Of a DNA stretch of 64,000 bases, positions 47,820 through 56,621 are shown one piece after another. Made by a program: the position numbers and the translations under genes. Source of the stretch: Nitrosopumilaceae archaeon (GTDB lineage Archaea > Thermoproteota > Nitrososphaeria > Nitrososphaerales > Nitrosopumilaceae); NCBI GenBank assembly GCA_965203465.1, contig CBDBCR010000003.1:608001-672000 (forward strand), in the 5' to 3' direction. Every line of letters starts with the position of its first letter. Positions within the stretch are counted from its first letter, which is position 1. Below the pieces are notes generated by a model that saw nothing but the letters and a program-made list of their open reading frames with translations, was not told where the DNA came from and did no database searches.

Positions 47820-48911
47820 GTGGAACCGGGCACATGGATGGACGCGCTCGGATCCGACGACGGGCTGCTGATGCTCGTCTGGATACTCCCCGTGATACTG
47901 TTTGTCTTTTACGGCCAGAGGATACAGCTGCAGATCACATCCGGCGAGATACGGAAGAGCATTAAGGAACTGGACGTGCTCAGGGCCGGCGCGCGCTCCG
48001 AACTGCTAGAGTACGTGCGCGAGCGCGCCGGCGGCGGGCGGGAGGCCGCGCTGGACAGGCACATAAGCGGGTTCGCGATACAGCCGGTCGGCATAGACCC
48101 GGCGGGGCTGGTCGGCAAGATGCGCCGCGTGCTGCGCTCGCGCGAGGACGCGGCCCGCCTCAGCGTCGCCTCGACCGGCATGCGGGGTGCAGAGGCCGAG
48201 CGCGCCCAGACGATGCTCGAGGCCGCCTCGGCCCTGAGGGCCGCGTACATGGCCGTCAACCACATGTTTTTGACGGCCAAAAAGCACCGCAACTACCCGC
48301 TGATACTGCCCCTGCAGATGGCGCTGCCCTCCGTGATGGAGGAGGCGCGGGCCCTGAGGGACGGCGTCGGCGCGTTCAGGAGGGGCCAGCCGGTCGGCGA
48401 CGGGATAGGCCCGCTGGTGCTGGCGCGGATGATGCGCGGCCTGGAAAAGACCGAGCCGGCGCCGCAGACCGCGATGGCCCGGACCGAGATGGGCGGGCGC
48501 CGCGTGATACTGCTGAAGGCGCTCGGCCCGGGCCCGACGGTCGGCAGGCTCGACGAGGCCGTCGAGGCCACGCTCGAAGGCGGCGTCGGCGCGGTCGTCA
48601 CGGTGGACGCGGCCCTGCGCTACGAGGGCCAGGAGTCGGGCATAGTGGAGGAGGGGTTCGGCGTGGCCATGGGCGGCTCGGGCGCCGAGAGGTTCTCCAT
48701 CGAAGAGGCCGCCGCAAAGGCGGGCGTGCCGGTCCTGGCCGTGGTCGTCAGGCAGTCGGTGCGCGAGGCGGTCACCCTGATGACGCGCCAGATAGCCGAG
48801 AGCGCCGAAGAGGCGGGCGAGCGCGTGCGGCAGGCGGTCCTGAGGAGCGCCGAGCCGGGCAAGACGGTACTGGTCGTCGGGGTGGGCAACACGTCGGGGG
48901 TGGCCCAGTGA
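47820..48911 (+). CDS. DUF1512-like archaeal protein
   Basis: GQPVGDGIGP, GPGPTVG, VDAALRYEGQESG, VGVGNTSGVAQ. Confidence 0.75.
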   Translation: MEPGTWMDALGSDDGLLMLVWILPVILFVFYGQRIQLQITSGEIRKSIKELDVLRAGARSELLEYVRERAGGGREAALDRHISGFAIQPVGIDPAGLVGKMRRVLRSREDAARLSVASTGMRGAEAERAQTMLEAASALRAAYMAVNHMFLTAKKHRNYPLILPLQMALPSVMEEARALRDGVGAFRRGQPVGDGIGPLVLARMMRGLEKTEPAPQTAMARTEMGGRRVILLKALGPGPTVGRLDEAVEATLEGGVGAVVTVDAALRYEGQESGIVEEGFGVAMGGSGAERFSIEEAAAKAGVPVLAVVVRQSVREAVTLMTRQIAESAEEAGERVRQAVLRSAEPGKTVLVVGVGNTSGVAQ

Positions 48912-49075
48912 GGGAGGTCACGCTGGAATACACGCTGACGCGGTGCGCCTCGTGCGGCGCCTCGGCCCGCAGGTACTACCGGCAGGGCGACCAGATCTTT
49001 TCCGAGGCCGAAGGGTGCCCCTGCGGGAAAAAGACCACCGTCGAGCTCGTGTACGCAGAGACGCACAGGCTATGA
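48908..49075 (+). CDS. Small Zn-ribbon protein (55 aa), not in the ORF track
   Basis: GTGA overlap; CASC ... CPCG. Confidence 0.6.
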   Translation: MREVTLEYTLTRCASCGASARRYYRQGDQIFSEAEGCPCGKKTTVELVYAETHRL

Positions 49076-49960
49076 GGTGGTTATCAGGGGCCCGTCCTCC
49101 CCGGGTATGAACGTGTGCTCGGCCTGCGCCACCCGGCGGCCCTTGCCCTCCACCAGGACGGGGTAGGCGCGCACCGCCTTTTTCTTGACGAGCAGGGCCA
49201 GCAGGTCCTCGGATTCGGCCTCGTCGTACTTGTCCAGCAACCACCTGCGCGCGAAGGGGAGCATGTTGTACCTCCCCCATATGTCCTCCAAGAGCTCGTC
49301 GGCGCGCTCGTTCTTTGTCCTCTTGCGCGACGACGCCGAGAATATGTTGCGCGCCCTGCCCTCCTTTACGAACCCGAGGCCGTCCCTGCACGTCACGAAC
49401 GGCTCGCAGGCGTACGCCGAGCCCGAGGAGAGCTTGAACGAGCCGATCGACCAGATGTTCGGTATGGAGCGGCCCGCGTGTATGGTGTGCCTGTCGAGCG
49501 AGTGCCCGCTCAGGTTGACTATGGGCATGTAGCCCCTCTTTTTGAGCGACTGCTCGACGGCGCGGCCCAGCTCGCTGGCCTTGGCCCCGTCGCGCGCCAC
49601 GGCCATGGCGGCCCCGAGGGCCTCTTCGGCCGCGCGCGCCATCGCGTCGCATGCCGAATCGTAGCTCACCGTCACGGCCGTGTCGGCTATCCACCCGTCT
49701 ATCTGGGCCCCCAGGTCTATCTTGAGAAGGTCGCCCGCGCGTATCTCGGTGCGGTCGCCCGGCTCGGCCGTGTAGTGGGCGGCGGTCTCGTTGATGCTCG
49801 CGTTGACGGGGAACGCGCAGGCCGCCCCGGCCGCGCGTATCTTTGATTCGATCTCTTCGCACATCTCGAGGACGGTCCTGCCCACCCAGTCGGTCTTGCG
49901 GGCCTCCTCGCGCACGGCGGCGGCTATCCTGCCGGCCCTTACGTACGCGTCCCTGTCCAA
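49070..49960 (-). CDS. map: Type II methionine aminopeptidase
   Basis: AFPVN, AAHYT, KIDLG, IADTA, NLSGH, CEPF, AQAEHT. Confidence 0.93.
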   Translation of the reverse strand: MDRDAYVRAGRIAAAVREEARKTDWVGRTVLEMCEEIESKIRAAGAACAFPVNASINETAAHYTAEPGDRTEIRAGDLLKIDLGAQIDGWIADTAVTVSYDSACDAMARAAEEALGAAMAVARDGAKASELGRAVEQSLKKRGYMPIVNLSGHSLDRHTIHAGRSIPNIWSIGSFKLSSGSAYACEPFVTCRDGLGFVKEGRARNIFSASSRKRTKNERADELLEDIWGRYNMLPFARRWLLDKYDEAESEDLLALLVKKKAVRAYPVLVEGKGRRVAQAEHTFIPGEDGPLITTS

Positions 49961-50029
49961 CGCGGGCGCGGCCGGGGCGTCTAATTTAAGCATGGATGCT
50001 TTAAAGGAGGGCGCGGCCGGGCCCGCGCG

Positions 50030-50103
50030 GGGATTGTGGTCTAGCTTGGCATGATCCTAGTTTTGGGTACTAGGGGCCGCAGGTTCGAATCCTGCCAATC
50101 CCA
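50030..50103 (+). tRNA. tRNA-Pro(TGG)
   Basis: GGGATTG/CAATCCC stem, CTAGT-TT-TGG-GT-ACTAG, GGTTCGAATCC. Confidence 0.93.
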
Positions 50104-50164
50104 TCCGGCCCGCGCCGGGGCCGCCCGCCGAATGCCTTTTACGGCCCGGGCGGCAAAAGGCGGC

Positions 50165-50404
50165 ATGGGCCTGGAGAGGCGGGACTATCTGCTCATAGCC
50201 GCCGCGGGGTTTTTCGCGGTCGGCCTCGCGCCGTACATCGGGCTCGTCCAGGGGGCGCTGGTGGGGGCGGCCGTCTTTTTCGGCACGCGCGCGCTGGCAA
50301 AGTACCAAAAGGCGCGAATGCTGCGCGCCGCCGGCGCCTGCGGCAGGTGCGGCTCGCCGCTCGGGGCGGGCCGGTGCCCGCGCTGCGGGCCCGCCCAAGA
50401 ATAA
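50165..50404 (+). CDS. Small membrane protein with C-terminal Zn ribbon
   Basis: Two TM helices, then CGRC..CPRC. Confidence 0.65.
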   Translation: MGLERRDYLLIAAAGFFAVGLAPYIGLVQGALVGAAVFFGTRALAKYQKARMLRAAGACGRCGSPLGAGRCPRCGPAQE

Positions 50405-50430
50405 ATACGGGCCGGGCGGCCGGCTTCCCC

Positions 50431-51585
50431 GTGAGCCAGCTTGTCCGGATGCCCGAGCCGATCGTCCGCGTGCTGGAGGGGAAAGAGGCCTCTCGCGGCG
50501 ACCTGCTCGAAGCTGCGCGCGCAGGCCCGGCCCTGCTGCAAGCAGCCGCCCGCCTGCGCGGCGCAAAAAAGGGCAAGACCGTGACGTTCTCCAAAAAGGC
50601 GTTTTTGAGCCTGGTGTCCCTCTGCAGGGATACGTGCTCGTACTGCGCCTACAAGTCCGAGCCGGGCCAGCAAAAGCTCTCCATGATGTCGCGCGCGCAG
50701 GTAGATGCCCTGATGGCAGAGGCGGCCCGCTTCGGCTGCGTCGAGGCGCTCGTCGTGGCAGGCGAGCGGCCCGAGCAGGCGTATCCGGAGGCGCGCGCGT
50801 GGCTGGCCGAGAACGGCTTTTCGAGCACCGCAGAGTACGCCGTGCACTGCTCCGAGAGGGCCGAGGCTGCCGGCCTGTTCCCGCACACCAACATCGGCAA
50901 CATGACCAGAAAGGAGATGTCCGATCTGCGCAAGACCAACCCGAGCATGGGCTTGATGCTGGAAAGCTCCAGCCTGCGCCTCTCCGGCGCCGGCATGCCC
51001 CACCAAGGGGCCCCCAGCAAGGATCCGCGCGCGCGCATCGCCGCGCTGGAAAACGCCGGCGCCCTCAGGATACCGATGACCACCGGCGTATTGGTCGGCA
51101 TCGGCGAGACCGTGCCGGAACTGGTGGATTCGCTCCTCGAGATACGCAGGCTGCACGCCAGGTGGGGCCACATACAGGAGGTGATCGTGCAGAACTTCGT
51201 CCCAAAGCCGGACACGGCCATGGCCGGCCCGCCGCCGCCGGGCGGCTACTTTGAGTCGGCCATAGCGCTGGCCAGGCTGGCCATGCCGGGGATGAACGTG
51301 CAGGCCCCGCCCAACCTCTCGCCGGGCTCTTGCCGGACCCTGCTGGACGCGGGCGTAAACGACCTCGGCGGCATATCGCCGCTGACCCCCGACTACGTCA
51401 ACCCAGAGTGCCCGTGGCCGGCCATAGGGTCGGTGGAGCGCGAGTGCGCGGAGGCGGGTTTTGATCTGGAGTGCAGGTTCCCGGCGTACTCCGAATTCTG
51501 GGGCATGGTCGAGCCGCGCGTGCGCGAGCGCATGCGGGAGGCGTCCGACGGGCGCGGGCTGGTCGCGGGGGAGCGCTGGAGGTGA
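50431..51585 (+). CDS. cofG: FO synthase subunit CofG (radical SAM)
   Basis: CRDTCSYC, SMGLMLE, TTGVLVGIGE, QAPPNL, DLGGISP. Confidence 0.92.
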   Translation: MSQLVRMPEPIVRVLEGKEASRGDLLEAARAGPALLQAAARLRGAKKGKTVTFSKKAFLSLVSLCRDTCSYCAYKSEPGQQKLSMMSRAQVDALMAEAARFGCVEALVVAGERPEQAYPEARAWLAENGFSSTAEYAVHCSERAEAAGLFPHTNIGNMTRKEMSDLRKTNPSMGLMLESSSLRLSGAGMPHQGAPSKDPRARIAALENAGALRIPMTTGVLVGIGETVPELVDSLLEIRRLHARWGHIQEVIVQNFVPKPDTAMAGPPPPGGYFESAIALARLAMPGMNVQAPPNLSPGSCRTLLDAGVNDLGGISPLTPDYVNPECPWPAIGSVERECAEAGFDLECRFPAYSEFWGMVEPRVRERMREASDGRGLVAGERWR

Positions 51586-52877
51586 GCCACGAGAGCGCGC
51601 TGCGCGGCGCCGACCCGCTCGTCGCCGAATCCCTGGGGCGCGCGCTCGACGGAAGGGCCGTCTCGGAGAGGGGCGGCGGGGCGCTGCTCTCGGCCGGCGG
51701 CGCCGACGCGCACCTGGTCGGGGCCGTGGCAGACGAGCTGCGCCGCAGGAGGTGCGGCGACGAGGTCACATACGTGGTGAACCGCAACATCAACTTTACC
51801 AACGTCTGCGTAAAGCAGTGCGGGTTCTGCGCGTTCAGCCGCGACTTCCGCGAGGAGGAGGGGTACGTGCTGCCCGTCGAGGAGATAGCCTCGAGGGCCG
51901 CCGAGGCGCAGAAAATGGGCGCCACCGAGGTCTGCGTGCAGGCGGGCCTGCTGCCGGACATGGAGCCGGACCTGTACGAGAGGATCTGCGCCGCGATCAA
52001 GGGGGCCGCGCCAGGAATCCACATACACGGGTTCTCGCCCGAGGAGGTGCTCTACGGCGCGCAGCGCGCCGGCGTCGGCGTCGAAGAGTTCGTCTCGCGC
52101 CTCAAGGAGGCCGGCGTGGACACCATGCCGGGGACGTCGGCCGAGATACTCGACCAGGGCGTGCGGGACAGGATATCGCCGGGGCGCATTAGCGCGCGCG
52201 ACTGGAAGGCCGTGATCGGGGCAGCTCACCGCGCGGGCCTAAAGACCACATCTACGATGATGTACGGCCACGTGGAAACCGGGGCGCAAAAGATGGCGCA
52301 CATCTGCGCCATACGCAGGATGCAGGAGGAGACGGGCGGCTTTACCGAGTTCGTGCCGCTCGGATTCGTCCACAGCGAGGCGCCCATGCGCGGGATGCCC
52401 GGCGCGCGGCCGGGCCCGTCCGCGCGCGAGACCCTGCTGACGCACGCGGTGTCCAGGATAATGCTCGACGGCTGCATAGACAACATACAGGCCTCGTGGG
52501 TCAAGGAGGGGCCGGCCATGACGCAGGTGCTGCTGTGCTGGGGCGCCAACGATCTAGGCGGCACGCTGATCAACGAGAGCATATCGACTTCCGCGGGCTC
52601 GGGGCACGGGCAGATGATGAGGCCCTCGGACATGGAGCGCATGGCCGAGGCGGCCGGCAGGCGCGCGGTGCAGCGCGACACGCTGTACGGCAGGACCGGC
52701 GGCGGCCGGGCGGCCCTCGAGGGCGCCGAGCCGGGCGCGTTCGGATCTTATTTCGAGCTGATAAAGATCAAAAAGTACAGGTACCGCTCAGAGCAGCGAA
52801 AAGGCGAGGTACGCGCCGTACCCCGAGGCCAGCAGGGCGCCGACCGCGCGCGGCACGCGGCCGCTGCGCAGCACTAG
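51582..52877 (+). CDS. cofH: FO synthase subunit CofH (radical SAM)
   Basis: NRNINFTNVCVKQCGFC, MPGTSAEIL, NIQASWVK, DLGGTL. Confidence 0.92.
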   Translation: MSHESALRGADPLVAESLGRALDGRAVSERGGGALLSAGGADAHLVGAVADELRRRRCGDEVTYVVNRNINFTNVCVKQCGFCAFSRDFREEEGYVLPVEEIASRAAEAQKMGATEVCVQAGLLPDMEPDLYERICAAIKGAAPGIHIHGFSPEEVLYGAQRAGVGVEEFVSRLKEAGVDTMPGTSAEILDQGVRDRISPGRISARDWKAVIGAAHRAGLKTTSTMMYGHVETGAQKMAHICAIRRMQEETGGFTEFVPLGFVHSEAPMRGMPGARPGPSARETLLTHAVSRIMLDGCIDNIQASWVKEGPAMTQVLLCWGANDLGGTLINESISTSAGSGHGQMMRPSDMERMAEAAGRRAVQRDTLYGRTGGGRAALEGAEPGAFGSYFELIKIKKYRYRSEQRKGEVRAVPRGQQGADRARHAAAAQH

Positions 52878-53699
52878 CAGCAGGGCCAGGGCAAAGGCCA
52901 CCATGACCGCGTAGTCCTGGTGCACAGATTCGGAGACGGCGACGCCCGAGACGGCCGCGGCCGCGCCGACTATGAGCAGTATGTTGTAGATGTTGCTCCC
53001 CACGATGTTGCCTATGCCGATGCCCTGCTCGCCCCTCCTGATTGCGACGAGCGAGGTTATCAGCTCGGGCAGCGAGGTCCCTATCGCGATGACGGTCAGG
53101 CCTATGACCCTCTCGGAGAGGCCGAACTCGCGCGCGAGGGCCGCCGCGTTGTCTACTGTCAGCTCGGAGCCAAAGTACAGCAGCGCGACGCCGGCGGCCA
53201 GCAGGGCCAGCGGCCTGTACCCGAGCCGCGAACCGGCCCCGTCGCGCCCCCCGCGCGCCGAGACGCACGCAAAGGCCGTGAACGCTACCAGCAGTACCAG
53301 GAACAGCGCCCCCTCGTACGCCGAGATGGAGCCGTCCAGCGAGACCAGTATCAGGAGGACGGAGGCGCCGACCATGACCGCCAGCTCGCGGCGCACCGCG
53401 GAGGGCCGCACGGCCAGCGCGGCCACCGCGGCCGAGACCCCCACGACCATGCCGACGTTGGCGATGTTGCTGCCCACCACGTTGCCCAGCACTATCTGCG
53501 GGTGGCCGGCCGCCGCGGCCAGCCCGACTGCAAGCTCGGGCGTCGACGTGCCGTAGGCCACCACGGTCATGCCCACGATTATGTCGCGTATGCCGAAGCG
53601 GCGCGCGATGCTGACGCTGCCCGAGACCAGCCACTTGCCGCCCAAGCAAAGCATGGCGATGCCGGCGGCGGTCAGCGCGGCGTTGACGGCGGTTTCCAC
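52788..53699 (-). CDS. Calcium/sodium antiporter (CaCA family)
   Basis: Alpha repeats GTSTPEL..GNVVGSN and GTSLPEL..GNIVGSN. Confidence 0.92.
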   Translation of the reverse strand: METAVNAALTAAGIAMLCLGGKWLVSGSVSIARRFGIRDIIVGMTVVAYGTSTPELAVGLAAAAGHPQIVLGNVVGSNIANVGMVVGVSAAVAALAVRPSAVRRELAVMVGASVLLILVSLDGSISAYEGALFLVLLVAFTAFACVSARGGRDGAGSRLGYRPLALLAAGVALLYFGSELTVDNAAALAREFGLSERVIGLTVIAIGTSLPELITSLVAIRRGEQGIGIGNIVGSNIYNILLIVGAAAAVSGVAVSESVHQDYAVMVAFALALLLVLRSGRVPRAVGALLASGYGAYLAFSLL

Positions 53700-53781
53700 G
53701 GGAACGGGGCCGGCGCGCGTTGTTTAAAGGCTCGCGCCCCGGGCCGCACGGTTTTTACCGCGCGCGGCGCGGGCGCCGGCC

Positions 53782-54981
53782 GTGGAAACTGCAAGCTGGA
53801 CGGTCGGAAAGCTTGTGGATCAGATTGCAAGCAAAGAGATCCTGATGCCGGAGGCGCGGGGCGGGCGCGTCTGGACGCCGGAAAAGGCGCGGGCGCTGAT
53901 CGACTCGGTGTACAGGGGCTATCCGTCCGGATCCGTGCTCCTGTGGGAGGCAGATCCGCAGACGCGCGACGCCGGCGGGCGCGGAAACGGCGGAGCGTAC
54001 CTTTTGCTTGACGGCCAGCAGCGCCTCGCGTCGCTGTATGCGGTGATAACCGGGGCCCCGGCAAGGACGCGCAGGAACAACGCCGCGCGGGAGTCAAAGA
54101 TCGAGGTGTTCTTCAACATGGATCACGCGGATCGCACGGGCGATCCGGACGCCGGGGAGCAGGACAGCGGGCGCGAGGCGTTCAGGCTAAAGAGCCCCGC
54201 CGTCGCCGGCAGTTCGCGCTGGATAGACGTCACGCGGCTGTTCAGGGAAGGCCAATCGGCCGTTCTGTCGGAAAAGACGGGGCCGGACGATCCCAACTAC
54301 CAAAAGTACCTGGATCGCCTCAACGCGCTGCGCGGCAGGCTCGCCACGTACTTTTACCCCGTCCAGATACTGGACCGGAGCGTCCCGTACGCCGGGGCGG
54401 CCGACGTTTTCGTGCGCGTCAATTCGCAGGGGGCGAAGATGCGCAGGTCGGATCTCGCGCTGGCGCAGATCACCAGCAGGTGGAGTGGATCCGCGGAACT
54501 GTTCGCAGGCCTGTCCGAAGAATGCGGGGAAAAGGGGTACGATCTGGACGGGGAGTTTCTGGTCAGGTGCCTCATGTCGGTGGCCACCGGCAAGAGCGGT
54601 TTGAACGACGTCGGCGGCACGCCCATAAACCGGATTCAGAGATCTTGGGAAAAGACCCGTGCGAGCCTGCTTTTCGTGATCGGGTTTCTCAAAAACTCGG
54701 GCGTGGAGAATGCGAACATTCCGCCGGCCAAATTCCCCATAATGCCCATGGTGTGCATCGCTGCGAGGTACGGCTGCAGATTTCCGGCGTCGGTGGAAGG
54801 GGCTATCACGGAGTGGCTCCGCGCCGCCCTCGCGCGGGGCCGTTATTCGGGCGGATCGGCAGAGGCCGCATTGGACGAGGATCTCCGCATGGCGAGGAAC
54901 TGCGATCGCCCCGTGGAGCGGATGGCGGAGATCTGCGCGCGGTCCGGCAGGCCGGGTGTCGCGGGCGAGGATCTTGCCTGA
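53782..54981 (+). CDS. DUF262 (GmrS/ParB-like) domain protein, apparently truncated or decaying
   Basis: LIDSVYRGYPSGSVLLWE, LLLDGQQRL, FVRVNSQG; N-terminal PxFQR motif eroded; no HNH/DUF1524 domain. Confidence 0.75.
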   Translation: METASWTVGKLVDQIASKEILMPEARGGRVWTPEKARALIDSVYRGYPSGSVLLWEADPQTRDAGGRGNGGAYLLLDGQQRLASLYAVITGAPARTRRNNAARESKIEVFFNMDHADRTGDPDAGEQDSGREAFRLKSPAVAGSSRWIDVTRLFREGQSAVLSEKTGPDDPNYQKYLDRLNALRGRLATYFYPVQILDRSVPYAGAADVFVRVNSQGAKMRRSDLALAQITSRWSGSAELFAGLSEECGEKGYDLDGEFLVRCLMSVATGKSGLNDVGGTPINRIQRSWEKTRASLLFVIGFLKNSGVENANIPPAKFPIMPMVCIAARYGCRFPASVEGAITEWLRAALARGRYSGGSAEAALDEDLRMARNCDRPVERMAEICARSGRPGVAGEDLA

Positions 54982-55405
54982 AGCGCGAGTGCCGCCGGAG
55001 CGGCCGCAGCTGGCTTGCCGGACGGGGCGGCTGTCTCGTGCCGCCGCGAGATCAAGGATGCCGGTGAAAAAGACGGCGTCCTTGGCGCTGCTCTTGGCGT
55101 CGGCCCTGCTCGTCGCGGCAGGACAAGTACGGCGAGGCCGTCAAGCGGTTCGAGCGCACGGGGTGCCCGGCCGCGGCCGACATGGAGAGTGCGGGCCTGG
55201 CAGACGGGCTGGAAGGCACTCTTCATTCGTTGCAGGTCTTTTCCGCCTCCCATTACCTGTTCCTGCCGGGCCTTTTGATCCAGGGCATGGGTTTTCTGGC
55301 GCAGGCCTGAGCGCGGAAACTGCGCCCTCGGGTGCCGGGCCCGGCCCCGCGCGCTTGGCCCTACGCTAGCAACAATGAAATACCGAAACCGGCCCTCCCC
55401 GGGCG

Positions 55406-55702
55406 TTGGCCACCGCGCTCATCATACCCGTGCTGCTGGTGGCGGTATTGGGCATAGTCGGGTACCTCGTGTACAGGTACGCCGTGTACGACGCCATATG
55501 CAAGAGCTCCGTGCGCAGGACGCTCAAGAGGTACGACATACGCAAGACGCCCTCGCAGATAATACGCGAGTTCCACGAGAAAAAGGGCGAGCAGATAAGC
55601 GACGCCGAGGTCGGCAGGCTCGAAAAGCTGTACAGGCAGACGGATCCCGACCAGTTCCTCGCCATGTACGATTCCACCAGGGAAAGGACCAGCGGTTCCT
55701 GA
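55406..55702 (+). CDS. Small membrane-anchored hypothetical protein
   Basis: N-terminal TM helix. Confidence 0.7.
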   Translation: MATALIIPVLLVAVLGIVGYLVYRYAVYDAICKSSVRRTLKRYDIRKTPSQIIREFHEKKGEQISDAEVGRLEKLYRQTDPDQFLAMYDSTRERTSGS

Positions 55703-55715
55703 GTTTTCCGCGGCG

Positions 55716-56582
55716 CTACTGCTCGTCGGTCGGTATCTGTATGAACGGCGTGCCGCCCTCGCCGACCACCAGCGGCAGCTTGCCGTCCCAGGCCTGAGTC
55801 TTTAGCCATTCTAGGTAGCTTGGGTTCTGCGCCAGCGCGGTGTTTATGATGGTGATGGCCTCGGCCTCGCCCTCGGCCTTTGCTATGTTGGCCGCGGCCA
55901 CGCCCTTTGCCTGCTGCTCGTTCTGGCGCGCCTCGACCTCGATGCGGCGCAGGTCGTTCTCGGCCTTTAGCGCCTTTTGCTCTGCCTCCACCTTGGCCTC
56001 TATGGCGGCCGCGAAGAGGGGCGAGAACTGGAAGTCGGTGATGGAGATGACCTCCGTTATTATGTTAAAGTCGGTCAGCCTCTCGGTGATCTCGCGCTCG
56101 ATGTCCGACTTTACGGCCGGCCTCTTTGTTATCAGCTCTTCGGCGTTGTAGTTTGCCGTGACCTGCTTTACGACCTCTTCTACGGCCGGCTGTATTATGC
56201 GGTTCTCGTAGTCCAGCCCGACGGTCTTGTAGAGCTGGTGCACCGAATCGGGCGACGGGCGGTAGTTGACCGTGACCGTCGTCGAGACGGTCTGCAGGTC
56301 CTTGGAGGCAGAAGACGTGGACTTTACGTACTTTAGCGTGCGCACCTCGATGTTGATCACAGAGTCGGCGAACGGCGCCACGAAGTGGAGGCCCTCGTCG
56401 AGCGGCGGCACCGTGGTGTCCACGGCGTTCCAGTGGAGCAGCACGCCGCGGTGGCCCGCGTCGACTATCTGGACCGAGGCGTACGCGACCACCCCCACCA
56501 CTATGAGCACGATTATGGCCAGGCCTACGCCCTTCGCCGCGCCCGGGTTGACGCCCACCTTGGGCGACTGGTACTTCGACAC
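55716..56582 (-). CDS. SPFH/prohibitin family membrane protein
   Basis: VDAGHRGV, EGLHF, SKDLQ, AEELITKR, AIEAKVEAEQ. Confidence 0.92.
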   Translation of the reverse strand: MSKYQSPKVGVNPGAAKGVGLAIIVLIVVGVVAYASVQIVDAGHRGVLLHWNAVDTTVPPLDEGLHFVAPFADSVINIEVRTLKYVKSTSSASKDLQTVSTTVTVNYRPSPDSVHQLYKTVGLDYENRIIQPAVEEVVKQVTANYNAEELITKRPAVKSDIEREITERLTDFNIITEVISITDFQFSPLFAAAIEAKVEAEQKALKAENDLRRIEVEARQNEQQAKGVAAANIAKAEGEAEAITIINTALAQNPSYLEWLKTQAWDGKLPLVVGEGGTPFIQIPTDEQ

Positions 56583-56621
56583 GGCCCCCGGTGCCGGGGG
56601 CCGTGTTTTATACCATTCGGG

